DNA of 64,000 nucleotides from an uncultured Nitrospira sp. (GTDB taxonomy: Bacteria > Nitrospirota > Nitrospiria > Nitrospirales > Nitrospiraceae), in the NCBI GenBank assembly GCA_964416255.1, contig CAYQDJ010000005.1, positions 5,304 through 69,303 on the forward strand, written 5' to 3'. This document shows positions 49,387 through 58,672 of the stretch, piece after piece. The position numbers were made by a program, and so were the translations under genes. The notes beneath the pieces are model-generated. The model was not told where the DNA came from, did no database searches, and was given only the letters and a program-made list of their open reading frames with translations. Position 1 is the stretch's first letter. Each line of letters begins with the position of its first letter.

Positions 49387-50790
49387 ATGAGCGGGAGACG
49401 CCCGACGCCCGTCCGCTTCTCGATCACTGATCCCGCAGTTGCCCAATCCGTGTCCCGCATCGTGCAACTCGTCCGCCATGCCGGGGGCAGAGCGTGGCTT
49501 GTGGGCGGCTCCGTGCGCGACCTGATCTTGGGACGGCAGCCGCAAGATTTCGATCTCGAAGTGGTCGGGCTCGCACCAAGCCGCCTTCAGACGATCCTGT
49601 CGGAACACCTGCCCGTGGACCGCGTCGGAAAAGCCTTCGCCATCTTTAAACTCCACGGCCTGCCTATCGATATCTCCGTTCCGTCTCGTCGACCGACGGG
49701 AATCGCCGCCGCCGCCACGGTTCTGCGACAGGCGGATCCGGAGATGAGCATTGACGACGCGTTGTCCCGCCGCGATTTCACCATAAACGCCATGGCATGG
49801 GACCTTGACTCTTCAGAATTCCGCGACCCGTTTCATGGCCGGAGCGACCTGGACGCGCACCGGCTCCGCCACGTGTCTGATCAGTTCGCCGAAGATCCCG
49901 TGCGGGTTCTGCGCGGCATGCAGTTGGCCGCTCGCTTCGAGTTGACGGCTGCGCCGGAAACCGCCGCGCTCTGCGGGACCTTGACCCAGGAAGGACAGCC
50001 CAGGGAACGACTGTGGGAAGAATGGAAAAAGCTGTTGCTGCAAGGCCGTTCACCCTCACGAGGCCTGCGGTGGCTCGACGACTGCGGCTGGCTTCGCTTT
50101 TATCCCGAACTGGCCGCCCTGCAAGGCTGCGAACAGGATCCGCTCTGGCACCCGGAAGGGGATGTCTGGGTGCACACGCTGCACAGTGTGGACTGGTTTG
50201 CGGCCGAGCGCACCGGCCACATGGACGATGATCTGATCGTGGGGCTGGGCGTTCTCTGCCACGACTTCGGCAAGCCCGCCACTACGCAGGCAATATCGGG
50301 ACGCATCCTGTCGCGCGGGCATGAGGCCGAAGGCGACGCGGCGGCCAGACGGTTTCTCGAGCGGCTCACGAACCAGGAGGATCTGATCAATGCGGTCATT
50401 CCACTCGTGCGCTGCCATCTTCGCCCACGGGCCCTGTACGAGGCCAATGCCTCGGATCACGCCGTGCGCCGACTCGCGCGACAAGTCGGCCGCATTGATC
50501 GGCTCGTACGCGTCGCGCGCGCCGATGAGGCCGGCCGGCCGCCAAAACCCTTCGCTGGCTTTCCGGCCGGCGAGTGGTTGCTCGCGAAAGCGCGGCACCT
50601 GAACGTGGAGACGTGTGCCCCGGCCCCGCTCGTCATGGGCCGCCACCTCCTCGAGCTGGGAATCCCGCCGGGGCCCGAGATGGGGCGCCTGTTGGAGGAA
50701 TGTTATGAAGCCCAGTTAAGCGGACTGTTCTGTACGATCTCCGACGGGTTGGTGTTTGCGCGGCAGCGTCTGAGCCGCGCGCACTCATAA
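49387..50790 (+). CDS. cca: Class II tRNA nucleotidyltransferase with HD domain
   Basis: VGGSVRDL..G..PQDFDLEV, RRDFTINAMA, EDPVRVLRG, HPEGDVWVH, CHDFGKP. Confidence 0.85.
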   Translation: MSGRRPTPVRFSITDPAVAQSVSRIVQLVRHAGGRAWLVGGSVRDLILGRQPQDFDLEVVGLAPSRLQTILSEHLPVDRVGKAFAIFKLHGLPIDISVPSRRPTGIAAAATVLRQADPEMSIDDALSRRDFTINAMAWDLDSSEFRDPFHGRSDLDAHRLRHVSDQFAEDPVRVLRGMQLAARFELTAAPETAALCGTLTQEGQPRERLWEEWKKLLLQGRSPSRGLRWLDDCGWLRFYPELAALQGCEQDPLWHPEGDVWVHTLHSVDWFAAERTGHMDDDLIVGLGVLCHDFGKPATTQAISGRILSRGHEAEGDAAARRFLERLTNQEDLINAVIPLVRCHLRPRALYEANASDHAVRRLARQVGRIDRLVRVARADEAGRPPKPFAGFPAGEWLLAKARHLNVETCAPAPLVMGRHLLELGIPPGPEMGRLLEECYEAQLSGLFCTISDGLVFARQRLSRAHS

Positions 50791-50845
50791 TCGCATCCGA
50801 CGAGTGCGTCGCCCTCGCCGTTTTATACTCCCCTTCGTCCGGCGC

Positions 50846-50875
50846 TTGCCTCCCGGATGAAGGCAGGCTTATGAT
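50846..50875 (+). promoter_or_regulatory. sigma70-like promoter of the ThiS/TtuA pair, leaderless geometry
   Basis: TTGCCT-N18-TATGAT, then 6 nt, then ATG 50882. Confidence 0.55.
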
Positions 50876-50881
50876 CGCATC

Positions 50882-51127
50882 ATGCACGTCCAATTGAGCC
50901 ACCCGTCGCGAACCGTTGAAGTGAACGGTCCGAAAAAGGTCAAGGACCTCTTACGCGATCTCAACCTGGTCGTCGAAGCGCATTTGGTCATTCGCGGCGA
51001 TGATCTCGTCACAGAGGACGAAATGTTGTACGACCACGATCGGGTCGAGATCCGCCCGGTCATTTCGGGGGGATCCCCCGCGGCCTTCTTTGATTCGATG
51101 GAACGCACACACCGAGAGCTTTCATGA
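50882..51127 (+). CDS. ThiS/MoaD/TtuB-like sulfur carrier with a 17-residue extension after Gly-Gly
   Basis: Beta-grasp pattern ending VEIRPVISGG, followed by SPAAFFDSMERTHRELS. Stop overlaps the next ATG. Confidence 0.85.
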   Translation: MHVQLSHPSRTVEVNGPKKVKDLLRDLNLVVEAHLVIRGDDLVTEDEMLYDHDRVEIRPVISGGSPAAFFDSMERTHRELS

Positions 51128-52065
51128 ACTGCACCAAGTGCAAGACTAAAGCCGTTCTCAAGCTTCCACGCCACCATGCGGCCTTCTGCAAACAATGCTT
51201 CACCGGATTCGTTCATGATCAAGTGGCAAGAGCCATCAAATCGCATCGGATGTTCACGAAGGTTGAACGAATCTTGGTGGCCGTCTCCGGGGGCAAAGAC
51301 AGTCTGGCGCTCTGGGACATTCTCTTGAAGCTCGGCTATCGCGCGGATGCGTTATATGTGGATCTCGGCATCGGCAATTATTCCGAACGATCGCACGAGA
51401 AGGTCCTCCGCTTTGCGGAGACGATTGCGGCACCCCAGGGCGCCAGGCTCTATGTCCATACGGTTGAGCAGGAAGAAGGCGCCGGCATCCGCGAACTGGC
51501 CATGTTGGTGCATCGTCCCGCCTGTTCTACCTGTGGAACGATCAAGCGTTATCAGTTCAATCGCGCCGCTCTGGACCACCACTACGATGTCATGGCCACC
51601 GGGCATAACCTCGATGATGAAGCCGCCCGCCTGTTGGGCAATGTGCTCCATTGGCAAGAAGAATATCTCGACAAGCAGAGCCCCAATCTGCCCGCATCCG
51701 TGGACGGCTTCGCGAAGAAAGTCAAGCCGCTCTATCGTCTGACCGAACGGGAGTTGGCGGCCTATGCCGTGTTGAACAAAATCGATTACATCGTGGACGA
51801 ATGCCCCATGGCGAAAGGGGCCAGGACACTGCTCTATAAGGAGGTCCTCAACCGGCTCGAAACCGAATCACCGGGCACCAAACAAACGTTTTTCTGGGGG
51901 TTTCTGGAAAAACAGCGACAGAAGGCTAGAGCGCCGTCGACCACGATGACGGAACGAGATCAAGCCACCTTGCACCCATGCCGGGTCTGTCAGCAGCCCA
52001 CCACGGCCGAGATCTGTTCCTACTGCAAGCTGATGGCCCGCGCAAAAACCCCTACCCTCTCCTGA
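51124..52065 (+). CDS. TtuA/Ncs6-like tRNA 2-thiolation PP-loop ATPase
   Basis: N-terminal CTKC...CKQC, SGGKDS, CSTC, GHNLDD, ECP, C-terminal CRVC...CSYC. Confidence 0.85.
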   Translation: MNCTKCKTKAVLKLPRHHAAFCKQCFTGFVHDQVARAIKSHRMFTKVERILVAVSGGKDSLALWDILLKLGYRADALYVDLGIGNYSERSHEKVLRFAETIAAPQGARLYVHTVEQEEGAGIRELAMLVHRPACSTCGTIKRYQFNRAALDHHYDVMATGHNLDDEAARLLGNVLHWQEEYLDKQSPNLPASVDGFAKKVKPLYRLTERELAAYAVLNKIDYIVDECPMAKGARTLLYKEVLNRLETESPGTKQTFFWGFLEKQRQKARAPSTTMTERDQATLHPCRVCQQPTTAEICSYCKLMARAKTPTLS

Positions 52066-52188
52066 CGGATCCTCTGCTGTGGATGAGGAAGGACCCCTGG
52101 CCCTGTCAGGTCTTGCAAAGCTCCTTGACTGTCCGTAAGCTGCCTTCGGAGCATTGATTTCTCGCGGATCCGGTTTATCTCGACCATC

Positions 52189-53217
52189 ATGGCGACCAGC
52201 GCGCGCGATTATTATCATATCCTCGGCATCCCCCGCACCGCCTCAGCCGACGACATCAAGAAGTCCTACCGACGGTTGGCCCGTCAATACCATCCCGACC
52301 TCCATAGCGGCGGGAAAAAAACCGAGATGGAGAAAAAATTCAAGGAACTGAATGAAGCCCATGAAGTGCTCTCGGATCCCGATAAGCGCAAGAAATACGA
52401 CCAATACGGAGCAGAGTGGGAACAAGCGGAGGCCTACGAACGGGCGAGGCAACAGGCCGGCGCACGTGGGTTCGGCGGCGACGCGGGGTCGGGGGCCCAC
52501 GGCGCCGAGCACTTTTCCGACATCTTTGAGAACTTGTTCGGCGGTCGCGCCCGAAGCGGCGGCGCCCAGGGATTCTCCGTACAGGGGGAAGACCTCGAGA
52601 CCGAGGCCGAACTGACCCTCAGAGAAGTGTTGAGTGGAGTAACCAAGCGCGTCACGATGCGTGAGCCGATTCGATGCTCCACCTGTCAGGGGAATGGAAG
52701 GCTCAAGGGACGTCCCTGTCCCAGCTGTCTTGGCTCCGGCTCCGTCCTGCATGCCAAAACCATCGAGGTGCGCATCCCGGCCGGCGTCCAGGACGGGACG
52801 CGTGTGCGTGTGGCCGGCAAGGGCCAACCGGGCATGAGCGGCGGCCGGGCGGGGGATCTCTATCTTCATGTGACGATCCTGCCGGATCCCGTCTTTCGAC
52901 GACAGGGGAGCGATCTCCATGTGACCTTGCCCGTCTGGCCATGGGAAGCCGCCTTGGGAAGCGAGGTGATGGCCCCGACGTTAGGCGAACCGGTTCGAGT
53001 CAAAATTCCTCCGGGCAGCCGGGCGGACAGCAAGCTGCGCCTGAAAGGGAAAGGGCTCCCCACGGCGGGCGGCGGCCATGGCGATCTGTTTCTCCATCTT
53101 CAGATTACCTTACCGCCCAAGCTCACCGAGGAAGAACGGTCTCTCTACGAGCAATTCAATCGACTCCGGCATCCCGATCCTCGGGCGGACCTCCTCGCGG
53201 CGACCCGACGCGGGTGA
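52189..53217 (+). CDS. DnaJ-family co-chaperone with half zinc finger
   Basis: J domain with HPD, G/F region, only two CxxCxGxG motifs, DnaJ C-terminal domain. Confidence 0.9.
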   Translation: MATSARDYYHILGIPRTASADDIKKSYRRLARQYHPDLHSGGKKTEMEKKFKELNEAHEVLSDPDKRKKYDQYGAEWEQAEAYERARQQAGARGFGGDAGSGAHGAEHFSDIFENLFGGRARSGGAQGFSVQGEDLETEAELTLREVLSGVTKRVTMREPIRCSTCQGNGRLKGRPCPSCLGSGSVLHAKTIEVRIPAGVQDGTRVRVAGKGQPGMSGGRAGDLYLHVTILPDPVFRRQGSDLHVTLPVWPWEAALGSEVMAPTLGEPVRVKIPPGSRADSKLRLKGKGLPTAGGGHGDLFLHLQITLPPKLTEEERSLYEQFNRLRHPDPRADLLAATRRG

Positions 53218-53221
53218 CCGG

Positions 53222-53857
53222 ATGACACTGGCGGAATACGCGTTGTTTGCCTTCAGTTCACTGTTTGTCATCGTCGATCCGATTGCCACCGTTCCGGCAT
53301 TCATCGCCATGACTGCCCGCGATACGGTCGCCCACCGGCTTCGGACGGCAAGAACAGCCTGTCTCGTGATGGTCGGCGTTCTCACCGGCTTTGCCCTGGT
53401 CGGGCAGACTCTCTTTAACCTGCTCGGCATTACGCTGCCTGCCATCCAGGTGGCGGGGGCGCTGGTCCTGCTGCTCGTCGCCCTCGACATGTTGCGGGCC
53501 CAACGCTCGGCTGTTCAGGAAACGGCGGAAGAGACCACCGCGGGCTCGCGCAAGGAGGACATCGCCATTACGCCGCTGGCGATTCCCATGCTGGCAGGAC
53601 CCGCGGCTATTTCGACCGTCATTCTCCTGGAGGCCCAGGCTGCCACCTGGGCGCAGCGAGGGGTGCTGTTGGCTTGTCTTGGCGCGGTGGGTCTGGCAAG
53701 CTACGTCACCTTTGCGCTCGGGGCCACCGGCGCACGATGGCTGAGCCCGATCGCGGAAAAGATCATCACCCGCCTGATGGGTCTCCTGCTGGCCGCCTTG
53801 GCGGTTCAGTTCCTCTTTAACGGGCTGAAAGGCGAGGGAAGCTTATTTGTGCGATAA
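53222..53857 (+). CDS. MarC-family membrane protein
   Basis: LFVIVDP, PLAIPMLAGP, RLMGLLLAALAVQF. Confidence 0.92.
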   Translation: MTLAEYALFAFSSLFVIVDPIATVPAFIAMTARDTVAHRLRTARTACLVMVGVLTGFALVGQTLFNLLGITLPAIQVAGALVLLLVALDMLRAQRSAVQETAEETTAGSRKEDIAITPLAIPMLAGPAAISTVILLEAQAATWAQRGVLLACLGAVGLASYVTFALGATGARWLSPIAEKIITRLMGLLLAALAVQFLFNGLKGEGSLFVR

Positions 53858-53909
53858 TCGGCTGCTCGTTTCATCACCTAACAGAAGGTCTCAACCGAAG
53901 GAGGATTTC

Positions 53910-54521
53910 ATGACGCGAGGGACACGGACCATGATGACGCTCGGCTTGGCCGCCGCGATGGGGCTGACACTTGGGTTCGCCGACGTTCGGGCGAACGAGT
54001 ACGGGCAGGGCAAAGACGGGCATCGTATGGGCGGGCACGGGATGGGCATGATGCACAGCAGCACGGGCCACCTCATCCGGCACTTGCTCAAACACGAAAA
54101 GGACATCGGGTTGTCCGCCGATCAGGTAAAGCAATTGAAGGACATGCAACTGAATCTCGACCGGACACGGATCAAGTCCGAGGCCGACATTCAAGTGGCT
54201 GAGCGGGAGCTCAAGGCCTTGATCGACGACGAGAAGTCGGATTTGGGTGCGATTGAATCGAAACTCAAACAGAGTCAAGAACTCCAAGCCGGGCTCCGTT
54301 TGGCCTCTATTCGGGCGCGCCGCGACGTCCTGGGACTGCTGAGTCCTGAGCAGCGAGAGAAAGAGAAAGCGGAACACGAGAAGATGATGCAGAAACACAA
54401 AGAGACGGGGAAAGGACAGGGACATGGCACCTCTCCACATGGTGCCACTCCCCACGGCGCGAACCCACACAAAGGATCCGGCGGTGCGCCGTCCGCTCCG
54501 GGCAGCATGTCCCCGCACTAA
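53910..54521 (+). CDS. Spy/CpxP/ZraP-like periplasmic helical protein with His-rich termini
   Basis: SD AAGGAGG, signal peptide, GLSADQVKQL and LLSPEQ (LTxEQ-like) motifs, His/Met/Gly-rich ends. Confidence 0.75.
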   Translation: MTRGTRTMMTLGLAAAMGLTLGFADVRANEYGQGKDGHRMGGHGMGMMHSSTGHLIRHLLKHEKDIGLSADQVKQLKDMQLNLDRTRIKSEADIQVAERELKALIDDEKSDLGAIESKLKQSQELQAGLRLASIRARRDVLGLLSPEQREKEKAEHEKMMQKHKETGKGQGHGTSPHGATPHGANPHKGSGGAPSAPGSMSPH

Positions 54522-54547
54522 CCATCATCTAGACCCTGGAGGCCCTC

Positions 54548-54904
54548 ATGAACCCAACCACCCTTGTCATAACCTTGTCCGTCGGGGCCGTACTGGCCCT
54601 CAGCACGCCGGCATGGAGCGAAAAGAAGGGCGCCCATGGCGGCAAAGCGGCGTTGGCCAAGGACGCCACCGTGACGATCGAGCAGGCCATCAAGACCGCT
54701 TCCGAGCAGGTGCCGGGCACGGTCGTGGAAGCGGAACTCGAACGAAAACACGGCAAAACTGTCTGGGAAGTGGAAGTGCTCGATGCGGACGGGAAGGTCA
54801 CGGAGGTCCACATCGATGCGGCCACCGGAACGGTCATCGACACCGAAACTAAAGGGAAGAAACCTGCGCAGAAGAAAGACGGAAAGAAAACGGGAAAGGA
54901 CTAG
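54548..54904 (+). CDS. PepSY-domain secreted protein
   Basis: Signal peptide, VTIEQAIKTA...VVEAELE...WEVEV...VHIDAATG. Confidence 0.88.
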   Translation: MNPTTLVITLSVGAVLALSTPAWSEKKGAHGGKAALAKDATVTIEQAIKTASEQVPGTVVEAELERKHGKTVWEVEVLDADGKVTEVHIDAATGTVIDTETKGKKPAQKKDGKKTGKD

Positions 54905-54912
54905 CGCACGCC

Positions 54913-56586
54913 ATGGGTGCTGAACCTAAGCGGAAGAGTCACGAGCTGCTGGTGGGGCCGGGACGGGCACCAGCCCGCGCCATGCTAAAGGCGGTGGGAT
55001 TCACCGACGACGATCTGGCCAAGCCCCTCATCGGCGTGGCGAACACCTGGATCGAAGTCATGCCCTGCAACTACCATCTGCGCCGCTTGTCGGAACGGGT
55101 CAAGGCCGGCATCCGCGCGGCCGGCGGTACTCCTATTGAGTACAATACCATCGCCGTGTCGGACGGCATCTCCATGGGCACGGAAGGGATGAAAGCCTCG
55201 CTGATCAGCCGGGAAGTGATCGCCGATTCCATTGAGCTGGTCGCGCGTGGCCACCTGTTCGATGCGGTCGTGGCCCTCTCGGGTTGCGACAAGACCATTC
55301 CGGGCACGGTGATGGCACTGTGCCGCCTCAATCTTCCTTCGCTCATGTTGTACGGCGGGTCCATTTTGCCGGGCCGGTTTCAAGGCCACGATGTCACGAT
55401 TCAGGATGTCTTTGAAGCCGTGGGTAAACATGCCTCCGGCAAGATGACCACTGATGAATTAAAAGACCTCGAGGATCATGCGTGTCCCGGCCCAGGAGCC
55501 TGCGGCGGGCAATTTACCGCCAATACGATGGCCATCGCCTTTGAGTTTCTCGGAATCTCGCCGATGGGGCGAAACGGCGTGCCGGCCATGGACACGCAGA
55601 AGGACGATGTCGCCTATGAATGCGGCAGGATGGTCATGGATCTTCTCAAGCGGGATCTCCGTCCGAAACAGATCATCACGCGCCGATCGCTCGAAAACGC
55701 GATTGCCGCGGTGGCCACAACCGGCGGCTCCACCAACGCCGTGTTGCACCTGTTGGCGGTGGCCCGCGAGATGGGCCTGAAGCTGCATATCGACGATTTC
55801 GACAAAATCAATCGGAAGGTGCCGTTACTGGCCGACCTCAAACCCGGCGGCCGCTTCACCGCGGCGGATTTGTATGTCGCCGGCGGGACGACCCTCGTGG
55901 CCAAGCGGCTGCTGGATGCCGGCGTCCTGCACCGCGATCAGCCGACCGTCACGGGCAACACCATTGGAGAGGAAGCGGCGCGAGCCAAGGAACAACCGGG
56001 TCAGCAAGTCTTGCGGCCATTGTCGGATCCCATCAAGTCCACAGGAGGCTTGGTCATTCTCAAAGGCAACCTGGCGCCGGAAGGCTGCGTGGTCAAAGTC
56101 GCCGGGCATGCCATGCTGAAATTTCAAGGTCCGGCCAAGGTCTATGATCGCGAAGAAGATGCCTTCGTGGCCGTCAAAGCCGGCCAGATCAAAGCCGGAG
56201 ACGTGGTGGTCATTCGATACGAAGGGCCGTCCGGGGGGCCGGGCATGCGGGAGATGCTCGGGGTCACCGCCGCGATTGTGGGCGCAGGTCTTGGCGATTC
56301 CGTCGCGCTCCTCACCGATGGGCGTTTTTCAGGAGCGACGCATGGGCTGATGGCGGGGCATGTGGCGCCCGAAGCCGTCAGAGGCGGGCCGATTGCCGCG
56401 GTGAAAACCGGCGACCTTGTCACCTTTGATATCGTCAAACGCCGGCTTGACGTGAGTCTGTCACAGAAAGAGATTGCCGCTCGGTTGAAGAAGGTGAAAC
56501 AGCCGGTTCCCCGATATACATCGGGCGTGATGGGTAAGTATGCCCGCCACGTCTCATCCGCCTCTGAAGGCGCCGTCACCACTTAA
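54913..56586 (+). CDS. ilvD: Dihydroxy-acid dehydratase
   Basis: PCNYHL, SDGISMG, GCDKT, GGSTN, YEGPSGGPGMREM, TDGRFSG. Confidence 0.96.
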   Translation: MGAEPKRKSHELLVGPGRAPARAMLKAVGFTDDDLAKPLIGVANTWIEVMPCNYHLRRLSERVKAGIRAAGGTPIEYNTIAVSDGISMGTEGMKASLISREVIADSIELVARGHLFDAVVALSGCDKTIPGTVMALCRLNLPSLMLYGGSILPGRFQGHDVTIQDVFEAVGKHASGKMTTDELKDLEDHACPGPGACGGQFTANTMAIAFEFLGISPMGRNGVPAMDTQKDDVAYECGRMVMDLLKRDLRPKQIITRRSLENAIAAVATTGGSTNAVLHLLAVAREMGLKLHIDDFDKINRKVPLLADLKPGGRFTAADLYVAGGTTLVAKRLLDAGVLHRDQPTVTGNTIGEEAARAKEQPGQQVLRPLSDPIKSTGGLVILKGNLAPEGCVVKVAGHAMLKFQGPAKVYDREEDAFVAVKAGQIKAGDVVVIRYEGPSGGPGMREMLGVTAAIVGAGLGDSVALLTDGRFSGATHGLMAGHVAPEAVRGGPIAAVKTGDLVTFDIVKRRLDVSLSQKEIAARLKKVKQPVPRYTSGVMGKYARHVSSASEGAVTT

Positions 56587-56706
56587 CCAGCCGACATTTC
56601 CAGTCAGCGGCAGGCAACGCCGCCTGCCCTTGTGCGCCTTCCATCGGTATCACCCCCCAGGGCTCGGTCATGCCGGGAGGGTCTATGATCGTTCGTTGCA
56701 AGCGGA

Positions 56707-57825
56707 CTATGCGCGGCGGTAAAACTGTGCGATGGTGCCCACTACGTAGCCGAGGTGGTCTTCAGAGAGTTCGGCATAGATGGGGAGGGACAGCACCTGC
56801 TCAGCGGCTTGCTCCGAGACCGGGAAAGACCCTTTCCGGTGTCCCAAGTGTTTGTAGCAGTTTTGCAGGTGCATGGGGAGCGGATAATAGATCTCGGTTC
56901 CCACCCCTTGGTCTTTGAGGTAGGCGCGCAGTTCGTCACGTTTCGCTGCACGGACCGTAAACTGATTATAGACATGGAAGTTGCCGTCCCGTGTCGCGGG
57001 AAGCGTCACCTGATCGAGCAGATCGGCTTGCGCAAACAAGTGTGCATAGCGAGCGGCGTTCCGGCGGCGTCCTTCGGCCCATTGGTCGAGATATTGGAGC
57101 TTCACATGGAGAATAGCCGCCTGCAGCGCATCCAAACGGCTGTTCACTCCGATGGCCTCGTGCAAGTAGCGGGCGCGACTCCCGTGCACACGGAGCATCG
57201 CCAGCGCCTCGGCGACGTTCTGATCATTCGTCGTGATCAGGCCTCCGTCGCCGAACCCGCCGAGGTTTTTGGACGGGAAAAAGCTGAAACACCCGGTGGT
57301 CCCCAGCCCCCCGGCCCGCACCCCCTGTTGCGCGGCCCCGATGGCCTGACACGCGTCCTCAATCACCGGAATTCGCTTGGCGGCGGCTACCTTATTGATG
57401 GAGGCCATATCAGCGCATTGACCGAAGAGATGCACCGGGATAATCGCTTTCGTGCGGGCCGTGATGGCTCGTTCGAGCTGGGCGGGATCGAGGTTGAAGG
57501 TGTCTCGCTCGATGTCAACGAACACAGGTTTGGCACCGAGCCGCGAAATGGCGCCGGCCGTCGCAAAAAACGTGAACGGCACCGTCACCACCTCATCTCC
57601 ATGCTCCACGCCCAAAGCCATCAAGGACAGGAGCAGCGCATCGCTGCCTGACGCACACCCGACGGCGGCCTGGGCGCCCACATATTTGGCCATCGACTCT
57701 TCGAATGCGGTCACGCGCGGGCCCAACACGAACCCCTGCTCGTCACAGACGGTCTCGATCGCAGCCAGAATGTCCGATCGCAACGGCTGAAACTGCGCTT
57801 TCAAGTCCAACAGCGGAATGTGCAT
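56707..57825 (-). CDS. DegT/DnrJ/EryC1/StrS-family NDP-sugar aminotransferase
   Basis: CASGSDAL, PFTFFATA, IEDACQAIGA, SFFPSKNLG.FGDGG, NSRLDALQAAIL. Confidence 0.93.
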   Translation of the reverse strand: MHIPLLDLKAQFQPLRSDILAAIETVCDEQGFVLGPRVTAFEESMAKYVGAQAAVGCASGSDALLLSLMALGVEHGDEVVTVPFTFFATAGAISRLGAKPVFVDIERDTFNLDPAQLERAITARTKAIIPVHLFGQCADMASINKVAAAKRIPVIEDACQAIGAAQQGVRAGGLGTTGCFSFFPSKNLGGFGDGGLITTNDQNVAEALAMLRVHGSRARYLHEAIGVNSRLDALQAAILHVKLQYLDQWAEGRRRNAARYAHLFAQADLLDQVTLPATRDGNFHVYNQFTVRAAKRDELRAYLKDQGVGTEIYYPLPMHLQNCYKHLGHRKGSFPVSEQAAEQVLSLPIYAELSEDHLGYVVGTIAQFYRRA

Positions 57826-57910
57826 GATCTTCACGTGGGATTCCGGCGGCCGTCGTGTCAATACGGGCTCACATCAATACCGTGACGTTTGAGAGATTGC
57901 AAGCGGAGAA

Positions 57911-58672
57911 TCATCGAAAGTCCCGCCGCTGGAAAATCAGGGCGGCCAGGAGCAGAAGCATCGCGGTGTAGACCACCCCGTAGGCGGCGATCAACACCAG
58001 GTCGCCTGCGGCCACATCGATGCGATGAGTCACATGCCCCTTCAGATTGAACCGTTCGAGGTTGGGCAAAAGATAGTAGAGACCGTCGAGCACGCCGCGG
58101 CCGAACGCCTCCATTTTTTGCCCGAGCATCCGTAAATCGCCCGTCACATGCCCGATGACAAACAGGGCCAGGGTGAAGATCGCACTCAAAGTCGCGCTGG
58201 TGAAGGTGGAGAACAGCAGCGCCACCGCCGTGACCACCATGAACTCGAGAAAAATGGCGGCTAGCGCTTGAAACAAGACCGGATGAATGGGAACCTCCTG
58301 CAGCCACAGCACGGCCAAGAAGCCGGCCGCCATGACCGCCGTATTGACCATCAGGGTCATCATCAGGCCCAGATACTTGCCAAGGAGGAATTGATAGCGG
58401 GCCACCGGCTTGGAGACGATGGTGTAAATGGTTTTCTTCTCGATTTCCTTGCTGACCAGTCCGATGCCGATGAAAATGGCGATCAGAACTCCAAAGAAAT
58501 TGATACTGGCCAGCCCGATATCCAGCAACAACCGGTGAAAATCTCCCAGCGTCAATCTCATTAGGAGGATCGAGCTTCCGATCAGGAGGAGCGCGAACAC
58601 CAACAGATTGTAGAGCAACTTGTCTCTGAGGTTTTCCCGAAACGTGTTGAGCGCGATCGACCCTACCTTCAT
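57911..58672 (-). CDS. ABC transporter permease, PilI/Xap-like
   Basis: IALNTFRENLRDK, EIEKKTIYTIVSKPV.R.QFLLGKYLG, six TM segments. Confidence 0.85.
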   Translation of the reverse strand: MKVGSIALNTFRENLRDKLLYNLLVFALLLIGSSILLMRLTLGDFHRLLLDIGLASINFFGVLIAIFIGIGLVSKEIEKKTIYTIVSKPVARYQFLLGKYLGLMMTLMVNTAVMAAGFLAVLWLQEVPIHPVLFQALAAIFLEFMVVTAVALLFSTFTSATLSAIFTLALFVIGHVTGDLRMLGQKMEAFGRGVLDGLYYLLPNLERFNLKGHVTHRIDVAAGDLVLIAAYGVVYTAMLLLLAALIFQRRDFR

